Assembly (NCBI GenBank): GCA_948466185.1
Contig: CAOJZM010000001.1
Span: forward strand, 86,742 to 150,741
DNA: 64,000 bases
Origin: an uncultured Christensenella sp.
GTDB lineage: Bacteria > Bacillota > Clostridia > Christensenellales > UBA1242
Reading direction: 5' to 3'
Both the position numbers and the translations under genes were made by a program. The notes under the pieces were generated by a model that made no database searches, was not told the origin of the DNA, and saw only the letters and a program-made list of their open reading frames with translations. Below, one piece after another: positions 49,042 through 58,398 of the stretch. The stretch's first letter is position 1, and each line of letters opens with the position of its first letter.

Positions 49042-50940
49042 TCAAGTCACCAGAATAATTGTGCTCCCCTTTTCTATTCTTGTGCCAGGTGGAGGCAACT
49101 GATTTTGTATAAACTCACCTTCACCATCAAGTTCAAAGAATAAGCCAAGATCCTTTAATTTTAAGCCTGCATTTGTCATGCTTTCGCCAACAAGCAGTGG
49201 CATTTCAACATATTCTGTTTTAATGCTTTCGTCTTGTTTTGGCACTGACAGATAGTCAAATAGTCCACTATAAATTTCTTTTCCATAAGGTGCAGCCACC
49301 ACGCTGCCATAATAGGCACCTGCACTTGGTTCATCCACAAGTAAAAGCAGAATATATTCTGGGTTATCAGCAGGGAAAGTGCCAATAAAACTAGAAATAT
49401 ATTTCCCTTGGTCTATCCCGCCACTAGCCTTATATTTTTGTGCTGTTCCTGTTTTTCCGCCAACATTATAACCTTCAACAAACGTAAATGGGTCTATTTT
49501 ATTGGTTGCTTTTTCAAGAAGAAGATTTACAAGGCTGGATGTTGTTTGCGAGATAACATTTGCTTTAACTGAGGGCTCGGTAGCTTGCACAACATCACCA
49601 TTTGCATTTGTTATTTTTGAAACTATATATGGCCCCATCAAATTTCCACCATTAATTATCCCTGATACCGCAGTTGCAAGCTGTATTGGCGTAACTGCAA
49701 CCGCATGCCCAAATCCCATACGTGCAAGATCGACATTTTTAACAAGGTTTTTCGCCATCAAGATTCCGCCACTTTCCCCTGTAATAGTTATCCCTGTTTG
49801 AACTCCCAAACCAAACTTTTGCATATACTGATAAAATTTTTCAACACCAAGTCTTAATGCAAGATCCATAAAACAGCAGTTGCAGGAGTTTTGAAATGCT
49901 TCAACAAGATTTTGACTGCCATGACCTATCGAACGCCAACATTTGATGCGTACACCATCTATAACTCGGTACCCCGGGCAATAAAATTTATCATCTAAAT
50001 TGGTAAGCCCTTCTTCTAGTGCCGCTGCAACAGTCAAAATTTTAAAAGTCGACCCCGGCTCGTACACATCCGTGACAGCCTTAACTTTACTTTGTTCAAA
50101 AAGTTTTGTTAAGTCATCACGAGGCACATCGTTAAGATCAAAACTTGGCTTGGTTGAAATGGCAACAACTTCACCCGTTCCAGCTTTTAACATAAGTGCA
50201 GTTGTACTTTTCGCCTTTTGCTCTAACATTATTTTTTCAAGAGTCTGCTCTAAGATGAGTTGGATTTTGCTGTCTATTGTAAGTTTTAAGGAGTTACCCT
50301 GAATGCCGCCTATATAGTATCGTAAAGATCCGCCTATTTCCTTTCCTTGAAGGTCAGACTGAACATAACTGTACCCATCAGTGCCTTTCAAGTACTTGTC
50401 AAAATAAGCCTCTATTCCACTTTGCCCCGCATTATCAATACTTGTAAAACCAAGAAGTTGGGTGAGGAAATTACCATATGTGTAATATCTTGCAACATTT
50501 TCGGCAAGATACACCCCCTTCATGTTGCACCTGTATATACTCTCCGCAATTTCTCCCTCAACCTGCATCTTTATTAGATTTTCTGATACTCCTTTATTGC
50601 TTACTTTCTCATAGACTTTTGAAAATTGTAAGCCCAGAATATCAGCCAAAAAAGTCGCAGTGGCAGTTGGACTCTCAACCTCCCTTGCTCGAACAAAAAC
50701 ATTATAGGTTGTATAACTGACAGCAAGACTGGCCCCTGTTGCATCATATATCGTCCCTCTTGGAGCAACAATTGAAAGATCACGCGTCCATTGATCAGTG
50801 GCCCGAGCCTGCAAATACTGTCCATTTATTATTTGAATGACAAATAGTCTAACCACGAGAGCGCAAAAAATAAAGGATATCACCATGCATACTGCTGATA
50901 TCCTTTTTTGAAGGGATTGTAATGAATAGAGTTTTTGCAT
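49042..50940 (-). CDS. ftsI: division-type class B penicillin-binding protein (FtsI/PBP2B) with a C-terminal PASTA domain
   Basis: An N-terminal TM, then STFK, SCN and KTGTA transpeptidase motifs. The C-terminal ~60 aa are PASTA-like. It lies after rsmH and the ftsL-like gene. Confidence 0.88.
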   Translation of the reverse strand: MQKLYSLQSLQKRISAVCMVISFIFCALVVRLFVIQIINGQYLQARATDQWTRDLSIVAPRGTIYDATGASLAVSYTTYNVFVRAREVESPTATATFLADILGLQFSKVYEKVSNKGVSENLIKMQVEGEIAESIYRCNMKGVYLAENVARYYTYGNFLTQLLGFTSIDNAGQSGIEAYFDKYLKGTDGYSYVQSDLQGKEIGGSLRYYIGGIQGNSLKLTIDSKIQLILEQTLEKIMLEQKAKSTTALMLKAGTGEVVAISTKPSFDLNDVPRDDLTKLFEQSKVKAVTDVYEPGSTFKILTVAAALEEGLTNLDDKFYCPGYRVIDGVRIKCWRSIGHGSQNLVEAFQNSCNCCFMDLALRLGVEKFYQYMQKFGLGVQTGITITGESGGILMAKNLVKNVDLARMGFGHAVAVTPIQLATAVSGIINGGNLMGPYIVSKITNANGDVVQATEPSVKANVISQTTSSLVNLLLEKATNKIDPFTFVEGYNVGGKTGTAQKYKASGGIDQGKYISSFIGTFPADNPEYILLLLVDEPSAGAYYGSVVAAPYGKEIYSGLFDYLSVPKQDESIKTEYVEMPLLVGESMTNAGLKLKDLGLFFELDGEGEFIQNQLPPPGTRIEKGSTIILVT

Positions 50941-51579
50941 TTAGCCTCCAAACAACCCCGCTATGAAATCACAAAATCTATCAAACCAATTCGAACTTTT
51001 TTCCACACTTGCCGGAGGATTTTGTGCCTCAGGATATGTGGGAAAAAGTTCATTATAATTGCTTGCGGTGTCAAGTGTGGCAAGTTTTGAAAGATAATTA
51101 AACAAATTCAGTTGGTAAGTTTCTGTCACCGCACTTATCTGGCTTTGCAAGTTTGAAATAGAGACTATATTAATTATTCCCCATATTGAACATACTGACA
51201 AAACCAAGCTAAAAAGGGCAATTCTAAGCCTTTTTCTTGCATGTTTTGGCTTTGCAGTCTGTTTTTCTTTCTCAATTTTATAAACTTTTTGTTCTTCTTC
51301 TGGGGTTAATTCTTCAATATAATCATAGTTGGGTTTTTCAATAATTGAAGAAAAATTTTCATTTTTTACTGTCTCTTGAGAAGTATGGCTTGTCCGTTCT
51401 TGATTGTAAGTATAACTTGAAAAAGCATTTTTCTTTATAACATCTTTTTCTTTTGTTGTTGGAGTTCCAACTTCTTTGGCAAATTCTTCTTTTATTTCAG
51501 CTTTTTCTTCAACTTCTTTACTAAGCAGTAAAATGTTCTTTTCTTCCATATATTTATATTCCCCTCCTTTTAACTTCAT
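50941..51579 (-). CDS. FtsL-position membrane protein (single TM; probable true start at 51549)
   Basis: It sits between rsmH and ftsI. It has a charged N-terminal ~110 aa, a TM (LRIALFSLVLSVCSIWGIINIV) and a short coiled extracellular part. The assignment is mainly positional. Confidence 0.55.
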   Translation of the reverse strand: MKLKGGEYKYMEEKNILLLSKEVEEKAEIKEEFAKEVGTPTTKEKDVIKKNAFSSYTYNQERTSHTSQETVKNENFSSIIEKPNYDYIEELTPEEEQKVYKIEKEKQTAKPKHARKRLRIALFSLVLSVCSIWGIINIVSISNLQSQISAVTETYQLNLFNYLSKLATLDTASNYNELFPTYPEAQNPPASVEKSSNWFDRFCDFIAGLFGG

Positions 51580-51591
51580 GATTAAGTTTAA

Positions 51592-52524
51592 TTATAACTT
51601 TTCTGCAATTCTAAGTTTTGCACAAGAACTTCTGGAGTTTTGCTTTAATTCCTCCTCACTTGCGGTTATTGGTTTATGATTACAAAGTTTTAAGCTTGCT
51701 GTATGTCCACATATACAAATGGGGGTACGCGGAGGACAGATACAATCTGTGGCAAGCTGTTTAAAAATGTTTTTTACAATTCTGTCTTCCAAACTGTGAA
51801 AGGAAATTATGGCTATTCTGCCACCCGGCTTTAAAAAATCAATAAGATTCTTAATGCAGGTATCCAATTCGTCAAGTTCGCCATTCACTTCTATTCTGAT
51901 TGCTTGAAAGGTTTGTTGACTTACATTTCCCTTGCTATAAATCAATTTTTTTGAAAAAGCACTCTCTATTATCGTTTTGAGTTCTTGTGTTGTTTCTATA
52001 GGCTTTATTTTTCTGCGTTCAATGATTTTATCAACAATACGTCTTGCATTATTTTCCTCACCATAGGTGTATAAGATGTTAATCAGTCTTTCTTTTGAGT
52101 ATTCATTGACCACTTTGTAAGCATCTAGTTCCTGAACTGTATCCATTCTCATATCAAGTCTGCCATCATGTAAAATGCTAAATCCTCTCTCGGCCAGGTC
52201 AATTTGTGGAGAACTTACCCCAAGGTCCACCAAAATTCCGTCTGCACCAGTTATTCCCATTTCTTTCAACTTTTGTGTAGCGTTTTTATAGTTTTCTTTT
52301 ATTATATCTTTATTGTTAAAAGTGTCTAAATTTACTTTACTTGCATTTATTGCCATTTCATCGCGGTCAAAGCCATAAAGATGCCCTTTTGGTGAAAGGC
52401 GTTTTAAAATCTCAGAAGAATGCCCTCCGCCTCCTATTGTACAATCAACATAAACACCATCTGGTTTTATATTAAGTCCATCTATTACCTCATTAAGCAA
52501 GACTGGGATATGTTTAAACTCCAT
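51592..52524 (-). CDS. rsmH: 16S rRNA (cytosine1402-N4)-methyltransferase
   Basis: MEFKHIPVLLNEV...YVDCTIGGGGHS...DLGVSSPQID...SFHSLEDRIVK. The start is set at the conserved MEFKH. Confidence 0.93.
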   Translation of the reverse strand: MEFKHIPVLLNEVIDGLNIKPDGVYVDCTIGGGGHSSEILKRLSPKGHLYGFDRDEMAINASKVNLDTFNNKDIIKENYKNATQKLKEMGITGADGILVDLGVSSPQIDLAERGFSILHDGRLDMRMDTVQELDAYKVVNEYSKERLINILYTYGEENNARRIVDKIIERRKIKPIETTQELKTIIESAFSKKLIYSKGNVSQQTFQAIRIEVNGELDELDTCIKNLIDFLKPGGRIAIISFHSLEDRIVKNIFKQLATDCICPPRTPICICGHTASLKLCNHKPITASEEELKQNSRSSCAKLRIAEKL

Positions 52525-55033
52525 TATATTCTCCCTGCTCTGTCCCTGCAAGTTCTGTAAAAAATTCGGTAAAGTTGAAGTTTGCTATATCGTCAATATT
52601 TTTAAGCACCTCATACTTATCTAGTATTTTTGAAAGTAAACTGTCAAAACCAAGTTTAAATAATCCTTCTTCAGTCTTGTTGACATCAAGGTCTTTTCTA
52701 TATGCATTTTTCCTCATTGCATCTAGGAAGGAACCGAGCATCACTTTATCCATACTCTCAAGTGTTGTTTCAACGTCATAACTTGGATAGAAGTCAACAA
52801 ACTTTTCAAATATTTCGCAAATCTCTAAAGTTTGATCATTGGCATCTCCCTCGACAAGAGTTACCTGCGAGTAATTAAATTTAATTGAAGAAGTGCTGTC
52901 AAGCAGTGCATTGAATACGTTTTCAAAAGTGGCAAATATTGACTGTTTAAGCCCATCAGTCGATTTGGCATAGAGCAATGGTTTCATAATCTCTGTAATA
53001 GAAATGTCATCTCCTAAATTTAGTAAAAGTTTTTGAGTATTATTTTCAAGTGCCATATCAAGATATGTCTTTCCCTCCACCTGACCATTGTTAAGAGTTA
53101 CAAGAAGAGTGGAGATGTATCCAAGGTCATTCTTCCATTCTTGATAACTGTTTAACATTTTAAAATTCAAAAGATTGTTATCCAAGGTGTTTATAAGGTT
53201 ATCTATAAGAAGAGTCTTTGTTGGCTCAACTTGATATAATGGAAGAATTATATCGCTAAGCACATTCTCCTTTTGTTGAGATGCAACAGCAAAAGTTGTG
53301 ATCACATCTGAAATAGAAATCGTGTCATCAGTAAGTTGATTGTAAACATTGATTCCTTTAAGTTCCACAAGAGATGGTGAAATAAAATTCATAAGTGCGT
53401 TGTAATTCTTTATTTCGACAGACTTGCCTTCTTTATCAAACACTGGATTGGAAGGCAACTCAAATCCAAACTTTGTCAAAACCTTATCTAATATTAAATC
53501 GCCGTCGGTATTTTTCAAAAGCGTAATTCCTCTGGCTTCATCAATCATACTTCCAAGACTGTTAAAAACTTTAACTATATCCACATTGCTTTCACTCGAT
53601 AATAGTGTCAGTGGGTTATTAAGCAATTTAACCACATCGGTTTCTTTTGCAACAAAAGAATAATGTTTTACAACGTTTGCAAGGGACTGTGAAAGCCCTT
53701 CCCATTCCTGCTCATCAAGCGTTCTACCCTCTATTTCAACACTATCAGCATCCTCAAGCACACTTGATAAACCTATGTTTATCACAGTATCAACTGAGTC
53801 CTTCATAATGTTTGTGGTTAAAATATTTTTCAAGCTTTGTTTAAACAAATCATAATTTTCATTGGATAAATTATACAGCACTTCTGCTACACTTTTCCCT
53901 TTCAAAGCGGTGTCTAACGTGCCACCTTTTGCAAGGTTTTTGTATACTTCATAAACAGAACGTAAATCTTGTGCAAAATATTCTTTTGCACCTCCTTCAA
54001 AGGTACTTAACCCTCCACTTATGTCTATAATCACTTGACCAAAATCACCAAGGGCTTGAACATCAATAAAACTGTATTCATCATAGTGAATAAGCAAATT
54101 GTTTAAAACATCACTAACCACCGTGTTATATAAACTGCTATTTAATAATGCATCAAGAGTTTTATCAAGCCTATCAAAATCTAGTTGCGAAAAATTTTGA
54201 TTGCTTTTTCCTTCAAAAACAAGTTTGATTTCCATTCCAGCATTGTAAACATCAAGATAATTTGCAATTTCCTTACGCACTTGAACAGTTTCACCATTAA
54301 GGTCAAATTTAGTAAGATAGTCAAACATTGCATCATCAAGTCCAAACATGTTTCCAATAACACCAAAAGCACTGGTGTTTATCCCTTCTATGCTATTAGC
54401 CACCACCCCAGCTGCTGTCATTTCCTTATTCGACGCATCGCCTTCCTCAGTTTCATCCATGGCTGCTGATGTTACCATGCCACTTGTAAATTCAGATGCG
54501 GTGCCAATAAGTGAAATAAAAGGCATAAGCACAAAGAAACACAGAATAAAAGTTTTAACAAGCCCAATTATGCCACCTGTCAATCTATGTTTTGGAAGTT
54601 TATTGCCATCCTTATCCTTGTTTTTAACGAAAATAGCACCAAATATCTTGTATAGGATATATGTGACAAATTCCACAGCCAAAGTTAAGAACAGAAAGAC
54701 AATAACATTCATAAACACATATGGAATCCTCACAATAAAAGTCTCAAAACTTGGAGTTGTCTCGATAAGATGAGCTATATCCGGATTTGCCTTTAAAAGA
54801 GAAACAAAAAATCCATTAATTGTGTCCGGTTGACCATTAACCGTTATGCCTGCATCCAAAATCGCATTTGTAACAAGACCACAACAGAAAAACGCCACAA
54901 ATACGCCCATGATTGAAAATATAAGGTTGATAGAGGCTTTTTTAATTCCTCTCCACATTCCTATCAGGAATCCAATCACCAAAATAAAAACAAAAGAAAA
55001 GTTTAATATAAGTGCAATAGTGCCCGCTGCCAT
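52514..55033 (-). CDS. large membrane protein (839 aa) with a CvpA-like N-terminal TM domain
   Basis: The N-terminal ~190 aa contain four TM helices with a CvpA-like look (MWRGIKKASINLIFSIMGVFVAFF). A ~640-aa soluble region of unknown family follows. The stop overlaps the rsmH start by 11 nt. Confidence 0.7.
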   Translation of the reverse strand: MAAGTIALILNFSFVFILVIGFLIGMWRGIKKASINLIFSIMGVFVAFFCCGLVTNAILDAGITVNGQPDTINGFFVSLLKANPDIAHLIETTPSFETFIVRIPYVFMNVIVFLFLTLAVEFVTYILYKIFGAIFVKNKDKDGNKLPKHRLTGGIIGLVKTFILCFFVLMPFISLIGTASEFTSGMVTSAAMDETEEGDASNKEMTAAGVVANSIEGINTSAFGVIGNMFGLDDAMFDYLTKFDLNGETVQVRKEIANYLDVYNAGMEIKLVFEGKSNQNFSQLDFDRLDKTLDALLNSSLYNTVVSDVLNNLLIHYDEYSFIDVQALGDFGQVIIDISGGLSTFEGGAKEYFAQDLRSVYEVYKNLAKGGTLDTALKGKSVAEVLYNLSNENYDLFKQSLKNILTTNIMKDSVDTVINIGLSSVLEDADSVEIEGRTLDEQEWEGLSQSLANVVKHYSFVAKETDVVKLLNNPLTLLSSESNVDIVKVFNSLGSMIDEARGITLLKNTDGDLILDKVLTKFGFELPSNPVFDKEGKSVEIKNYNALMNFISPSLVELKGINVYNQLTDDTISISDVITTFAVASQQKENVLSDIILPLYQVEPTKTLLIDNLINTLDNNLLNFKMLNSYQEWKNDLGYISTLLVTLNNGQVEGKTYLDMALENNTQKLLLNLGDDISITEIMKPLLYAKSTDGLKQSIFATFENVFNALLDSTSSIKFNYSQVTLVEGDANDQTLEICEIFEKFVDFYPSYDVETTLESMDKVMLGSFLDAMRKNAYRKDLDVNKTEEGLFKLGFDSLLSKILDKYEVLKNIDDIANFNFTEFFTELAGTEQGEYNGV

Positions 55034-55161
55034 AGAAACCTCCTAAAAATAATATAATACATTTTTAATTAAATTCCAAATTAATTTCACTTGCAGAAAC
55101 TACTCATCAATAATTTTTGCCAATAAAAATAATTAAACTCATAAAAATAAAAGGATGATTT

Positions 55162-55791
55162 TTAATTTTCACCCTCTCCTTCCACGCTTTTAATTGGATA
55201 TGGCACTCTTTTACTGCCTATTTGAGCATTGTTGTAGGCATTTAGCAGTTCTTTTTTCTTAAACTCAATCCCATAGATTCCAGCATTTGCTTCTTCCATG
55301 ACCTTTTTCACCCGTTGTGTAAATTCTTGTTCAGGACATAATATCTGCCTTTCGCCGTAGCTTTCCAGAATTTCTAACACTCCGTCGTGCAAAAAGTTTA
55401 CTTTCTGTGGGTAAGGTATGCTTTCAAGTTCTATCACGCCACTTGCTACACATTTTAGTAGATTCAAACCACATCTCTGATAACCTTTTTTTACGCAGAT
55501 ATCAAACACAACACCCGCGATTTCTTGAAGTTGTGACGTTGTTTCAGGAAAGACTGTAAAATTTTTCTGATAGTACATAAGTGCAACTATCTTATTTATC
55601 GCTTGCTTTTCTTGGTTTACTATTTGTTTTAGTTTATTACCTTTATCTTCGCTTTCGCCAAATTTAACATTTATATCACAGATAAAATTCACCTGCTTAC
55701 TGTCAGTCTTGGGAAGCAACAACTTAATATTATTTAAACATTTATATGCCACCAACTGATTTAAACCTTCGTCGTATTCTTTAACCTTCAT
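55162..55791 (-). CDS. hypothetical protein (209 aa)
   Basis: ORF with a GGAGGGGTGA RBS. I recognise no family. Confidence 0.65.
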   Translation of the reverse strand: MKVKEYDEGLNQLVAYKCLNNIKLLLPKTDSKQVNFICDINVKFGESEDKGNKLKQIVNQEKQAINKIVALMYYQKNFTVFPETTSQLQEIAGVVFDICVKKGYQRCGLNLLKCVASGVIELESIPYPQKVNFLHDGVLEILESYGERQILCPEQEFTQRVKKVMEEANAGIYGIEFKKKELLNAYNNAQIGSKRVPYPIKSVEGEGEN

Positions 55792-55913
55792 TCACCCCTC
55801 CAAAAACTACAGGTTTAGATTATCATACCCTTCTCAAGTAACAAAATGGAAGAGTGTCGAAATAGGGCGAATTTGATATAAAATAAGAGTTGTTTTATCT
55901 TGATTTAGGGCAA

Positions 55914-55943
55914 CAAAAAAAGCCCTAAATCATGTTTAGAGCT
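55914..55943 (-). terminator. rho-independent terminator after the 83-aa ORF
   Basis: On the minus strand, AGCTCTAAA-CATGA-TTTAGGGCT (one mismatch) followed by T7. Confidence 0.65.
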
Positions 55944-55949
55944 TTTTAT

Positions 55950-56201
55950 TTATCCTTCATATTCATCTTGAGCAGCACGTTCTTCATCAAATACTCTTTC
56001 AAGGTCTCTTTTTTTGAAGTCTCTACGTTCTGCCCTTCTTTTAGCCGCACATTTGCGTCCAAAGCTTCTTTCAGAAAGAGGTCTATTTCTAAGTTTTGTA
56101 AATTCCCCCCCCCAATAATTTGCTTGGGCCATCTTGAGCATAGGTTCAAAAGTTGGAAGACTCTCTGCCAGTTCAATACTTGCTAAATTTATTCTTGCCA
56201 T
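55950..56201 (-). CDS. small basic/acidic hypothetical protein (83 aa) containing a G9 tract
   Basis: A GGAAGGAGAAAG RBS and a consensus promoter lie upstream, with a terminator downstream. I preferred this frame over two other ORFs that overlap it. Confidence 0.6.
   Translation of the reverse strand: MARINLASIELAESLPTFEPMLKMAQANYWGGEFTKLRNRPLSERSFGRKCAAKRRAERRDFKKRDLERVFDEERAAQDEYEG
56105..56113. repeat. C9 (G9 on the coding strand) homopolymer inside the 83-aa ORF
   Basis: Plus strand reads TTCCCCCCCCCAATAA. On the minus strand it is read as TGG-GGG-GGG-GAA (W-G-G-E). Confidence 0.95.
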
Positions 56202-56230
56202 AATCTTTCTCCTTCCTTTGTTATGACTTG

Positions 56231-56259
56231 ATTATACCCCACAAACTTTGTTTTGTCAA
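56231..56259 (-). promoter_or_regulatory. consensus sigma-A promoter for the 83-aa ORF
   Basis: On the minus strand, TTGACA (56259-56254), a 17-nt spacer and TATAAT (56236-56231), about 30 nt upstream of the ATG at 56201. Confidence 0.7.
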
Positions 56260-56340
56260 TACCCAATTTAAAGTTTTTTCGTTGTTTTTCGCCATCAAAT
56301 TAATGGATAAATAAATTAAATGAGTTTTACATTTTTCTGC

Positions 56341-56688
56341 TTATTTTTTCACTTTGATTTCAATGCCAACAACGCAATTTTTTATCTGCTCTTCCAACGA
56401 ATAATACTTCTCCATATCTTTTGGGTCTGCGTTCTCAACGTCAGAATAACCTAATTCTTGTTTAGAAAAATTCTCAAACAATTCTTTAAATGTTGGATAA
56501 ATATGCACACCTATCACTTCAGTTTCAAATCTGTCTTTTTCATCACTGCGGTTTATAAACTCTATTATATCACCCACAGCAATATACTTTCGTTTACCGT
56601 CACATAACCTCATCTCCACAGTCTTTGTGCCCTTCTTGATTTTTTGAAAAGGCTCCTGATTTAAATGCATTGTTAGATACATACTCAC
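56341..56688 (-). CDS. ASCH domain protein
   Basis: MHLNQEPFQKIKKGTKTVEMRLCDGKRKYIAVGDIIEF is a typical ASCH (PUA-like) N-terminus, within 115 aa. Confidence 0.7.
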   Translation of the reverse strand: MSMYLTMHLNQEPFQKIKKGTKTVEMRLCDGKRKYIAVGDIIEFINRSDEKDRFETEVIGVHIYPTFKELFENFSKQELGYSDVENADPKDMEKYYSLEEQIKNCVVGIEIKVKK

Positions 56689-56692
56689 CTCA

Positions 56693-57829
56693 TTATATTT
56701 TCCACTCCCTGTTGACCTTAAACCAATCAGAGTCTTTTAATATCGTATTATTATTTGAACAGCTTACTGCCCTTTCTTTTCCCTTCCACATACAAACTAT
56801 ATTTCCATTAAATGAAGTAAAAATATTATTCTTATAATCCACACACAAGCTTGTAACATAAATTTTGTCTGTATAAGGTGCAACCCTGTCAATAAATGCT
56901 TGACATGGAAATTGATTCTCAGGATTTGTTGTATATTCACTGCTTCCGGCACAACAACATACGCAAACAATCTCAGGCTGAACAACCTCCATCAGTGCCG
57001 TGGAAGAAGAGGTTTTTGACCCGTGATGACCAGCCTTATACAAATCAACTTTTGGCAAATTGTTCATTTGAACCAAATATTTTTCTCCCTTTTCTTCAAG
57101 GTCACCTGTGAATAAGAAGTGATTTTCACCCTGACTTATAAGACAGCACACAGAATAGTCATTTTCTGTTGACGATGTATGGGAATAATAATAACTATCA
57201 AGTATTTCCAAAGTTATATCATTTCCAAGATTAAAAATATTTGTCCCACCATTTGCGCCATTTATGCAATCAAGAGCGGTATAATGAACCGCACCATTCG
57301 CAATCTCGTCTGCAAGTTCACGTTGATAGTTTTTATATGTGGTGGCAGTTTCTTTCTGGTTCGTCATTGAAAAATCTATGATAACCTCACAATCATAAAG
57401 GTCAAATATGCTGTCGGTGTTAACACCCGTTGCAAAACCTGCATAGTGGTCTTGATGTGCATGAGTAATGATTACATACTCAAGTTTTCCATCAGTGACA
57501 TAGTTATTAAGATAATTCGCCACAACAGGAATACTGTTTGATTTTGATCCACAATCTATAAGGATATCAACATTTCCTGCCTTGATATATGTGCAATCGC
57601 CAGTGTATTTGTTGCCAAGCTCCAAAAAGTGAATAGAAATATCCGGCCCAAAACTTTCAATATCTGCATTTATTTCATTGTCATAATCATTCTCTTCTGT
57701 TACTTGTACTTCCTCCGTTTCGGGAAGAGTTATATAATTTACAACATAAAAACACGCAACAAGTCCAACAACAAAACTTACAAAGCCAAAGAGAAAATTT
57801 GCAAACTTTGATGATCTTTGTTTTGACAT
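56693..57829 (-). CDS. membrane-anchored MBL-fold metallohydrolase (ComEC C-terminal-domain-like)
   Basis: An N-terminal TM, then HxHxDH (ITHAHQDHYAGF) and later GHHGS. Confidence 0.75.
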   Translation of the reverse strand: MSKQRSSKFANFLFGFVSFVVGLVACFYVVNYITLPETEEVQVTEENDYDNEINADIESFGPDISIHFLELGNKYTGDCTYIKAGNVDILIDCGSKSNSIPVVANYLNNYVTDGKLEYVIITHAHQDHYAGFATGVNTDSIFDLYDCEVIIDFSMTNQKETATTYKNYQRELADEIANGAVHYTALDCINGANGGTNIFNLGNDITLEILDSYYYSHTSSTENDYSVCCLISQGENHFLFTGDLEEKGEKYLVQMNNLPKVDLYKAGHHGSKTSSSTALMEVVQPEIVCVCCCAGSSEYTTNPENQFPCQAFIDRVAPYTDKIYVTSLCVDYKNNIFTSFNGNIVCMWKGKERAVSCSNNNTILKDSDWFKVNREWKI

Positions 57830-57830
57830 A

Positions 57831-58301
57831 TCACTCTCCTCCTTCGCTTTGTTCTACAACAGAAATAAGACGTACCTTCTCAACCTTAAAAAGTTTGGAG
57901 TATTTAAAACAACTTGATTTGTACTTTATATAAAAAACCCCAGCCTCATCAGAATAAAAATTGCCATTCTCATCCGTTTTTAAATTTGTTTCAATTTCTA
58001 CACTCTGTCTTTCATCTCTTCCAAAAGCTATAATTTTCACGCCTTGGTCAATATAACTTTCTTCCAAGGTTAAACTGACACTCTCTTGCCCAACCAAGTC
58101 AAAGCAATCATTGCGACAAACAATCCACCATGTTCCGCCGCCCACCATCGCTCCAATAATCAACATGATAAAAGCAATAAGCAGCGTTTTTGTCCCTGCT
58201 CTTTTCACTCGACCTTTCACCGCCTTTGAAGTTGAGTTGCTCAGCTGAATATTTTTGCCCGCTTTATGAGCAGTTTTTGTGGAATGTTTCTTTGTTGCCA
58301 T
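57831..58301 (-). CDS. hypothetical membrane-anchored protein (156 aa)
   Basis: A basic N-terminus, a single TM and then a ~90-aa beta-rich domain. Its stop lies 1 nt before the MBL gene start. Confidence 0.65.
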   Translation of the reverse strand: MATKKHSTKTAHKAGKNIQLSNSTSKAVKGRVKRAGTKTLLIAFIMLIIGAMVGGGTWWIVCRNDCFDLVGQESVSLTLEESYIDQGVKIIAFGRDERQSVEIETNLKTDENGNFYSDEAGVFYIKYKSSCFKYSKLFKVEKVRLISVVEQSEGGE

Positions 58302-58373
58302 GAATTACTCCCTTATTATATAATAAGATTGTTTAACCTCTTTGTCAAACAATCTTTTGACTGCGTATTCGAA

Positions 58374-58398
58374 TAAAAAAATCCGTTACATAACGGAT
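58374..58398 (-). terminator. rho-independent terminator overlapping the stop of the 248-aa ORF
   Basis: ATCCGTT-ACAT-AACGGAT stem-loop with A7 on the plus strand (T7 on the minus strand). Confidence 0.65.

Noticed and set aside
55932-56186. 84-aa plus-strand ORF antisense to the small G9-containing gene, considered as a third coding frame.
   Set aside because: It has no RBS or promoter in that orientation. The openness is explained by the purine-rich coding strand. Its translation is Phe/Ser-rich shadow sequence.
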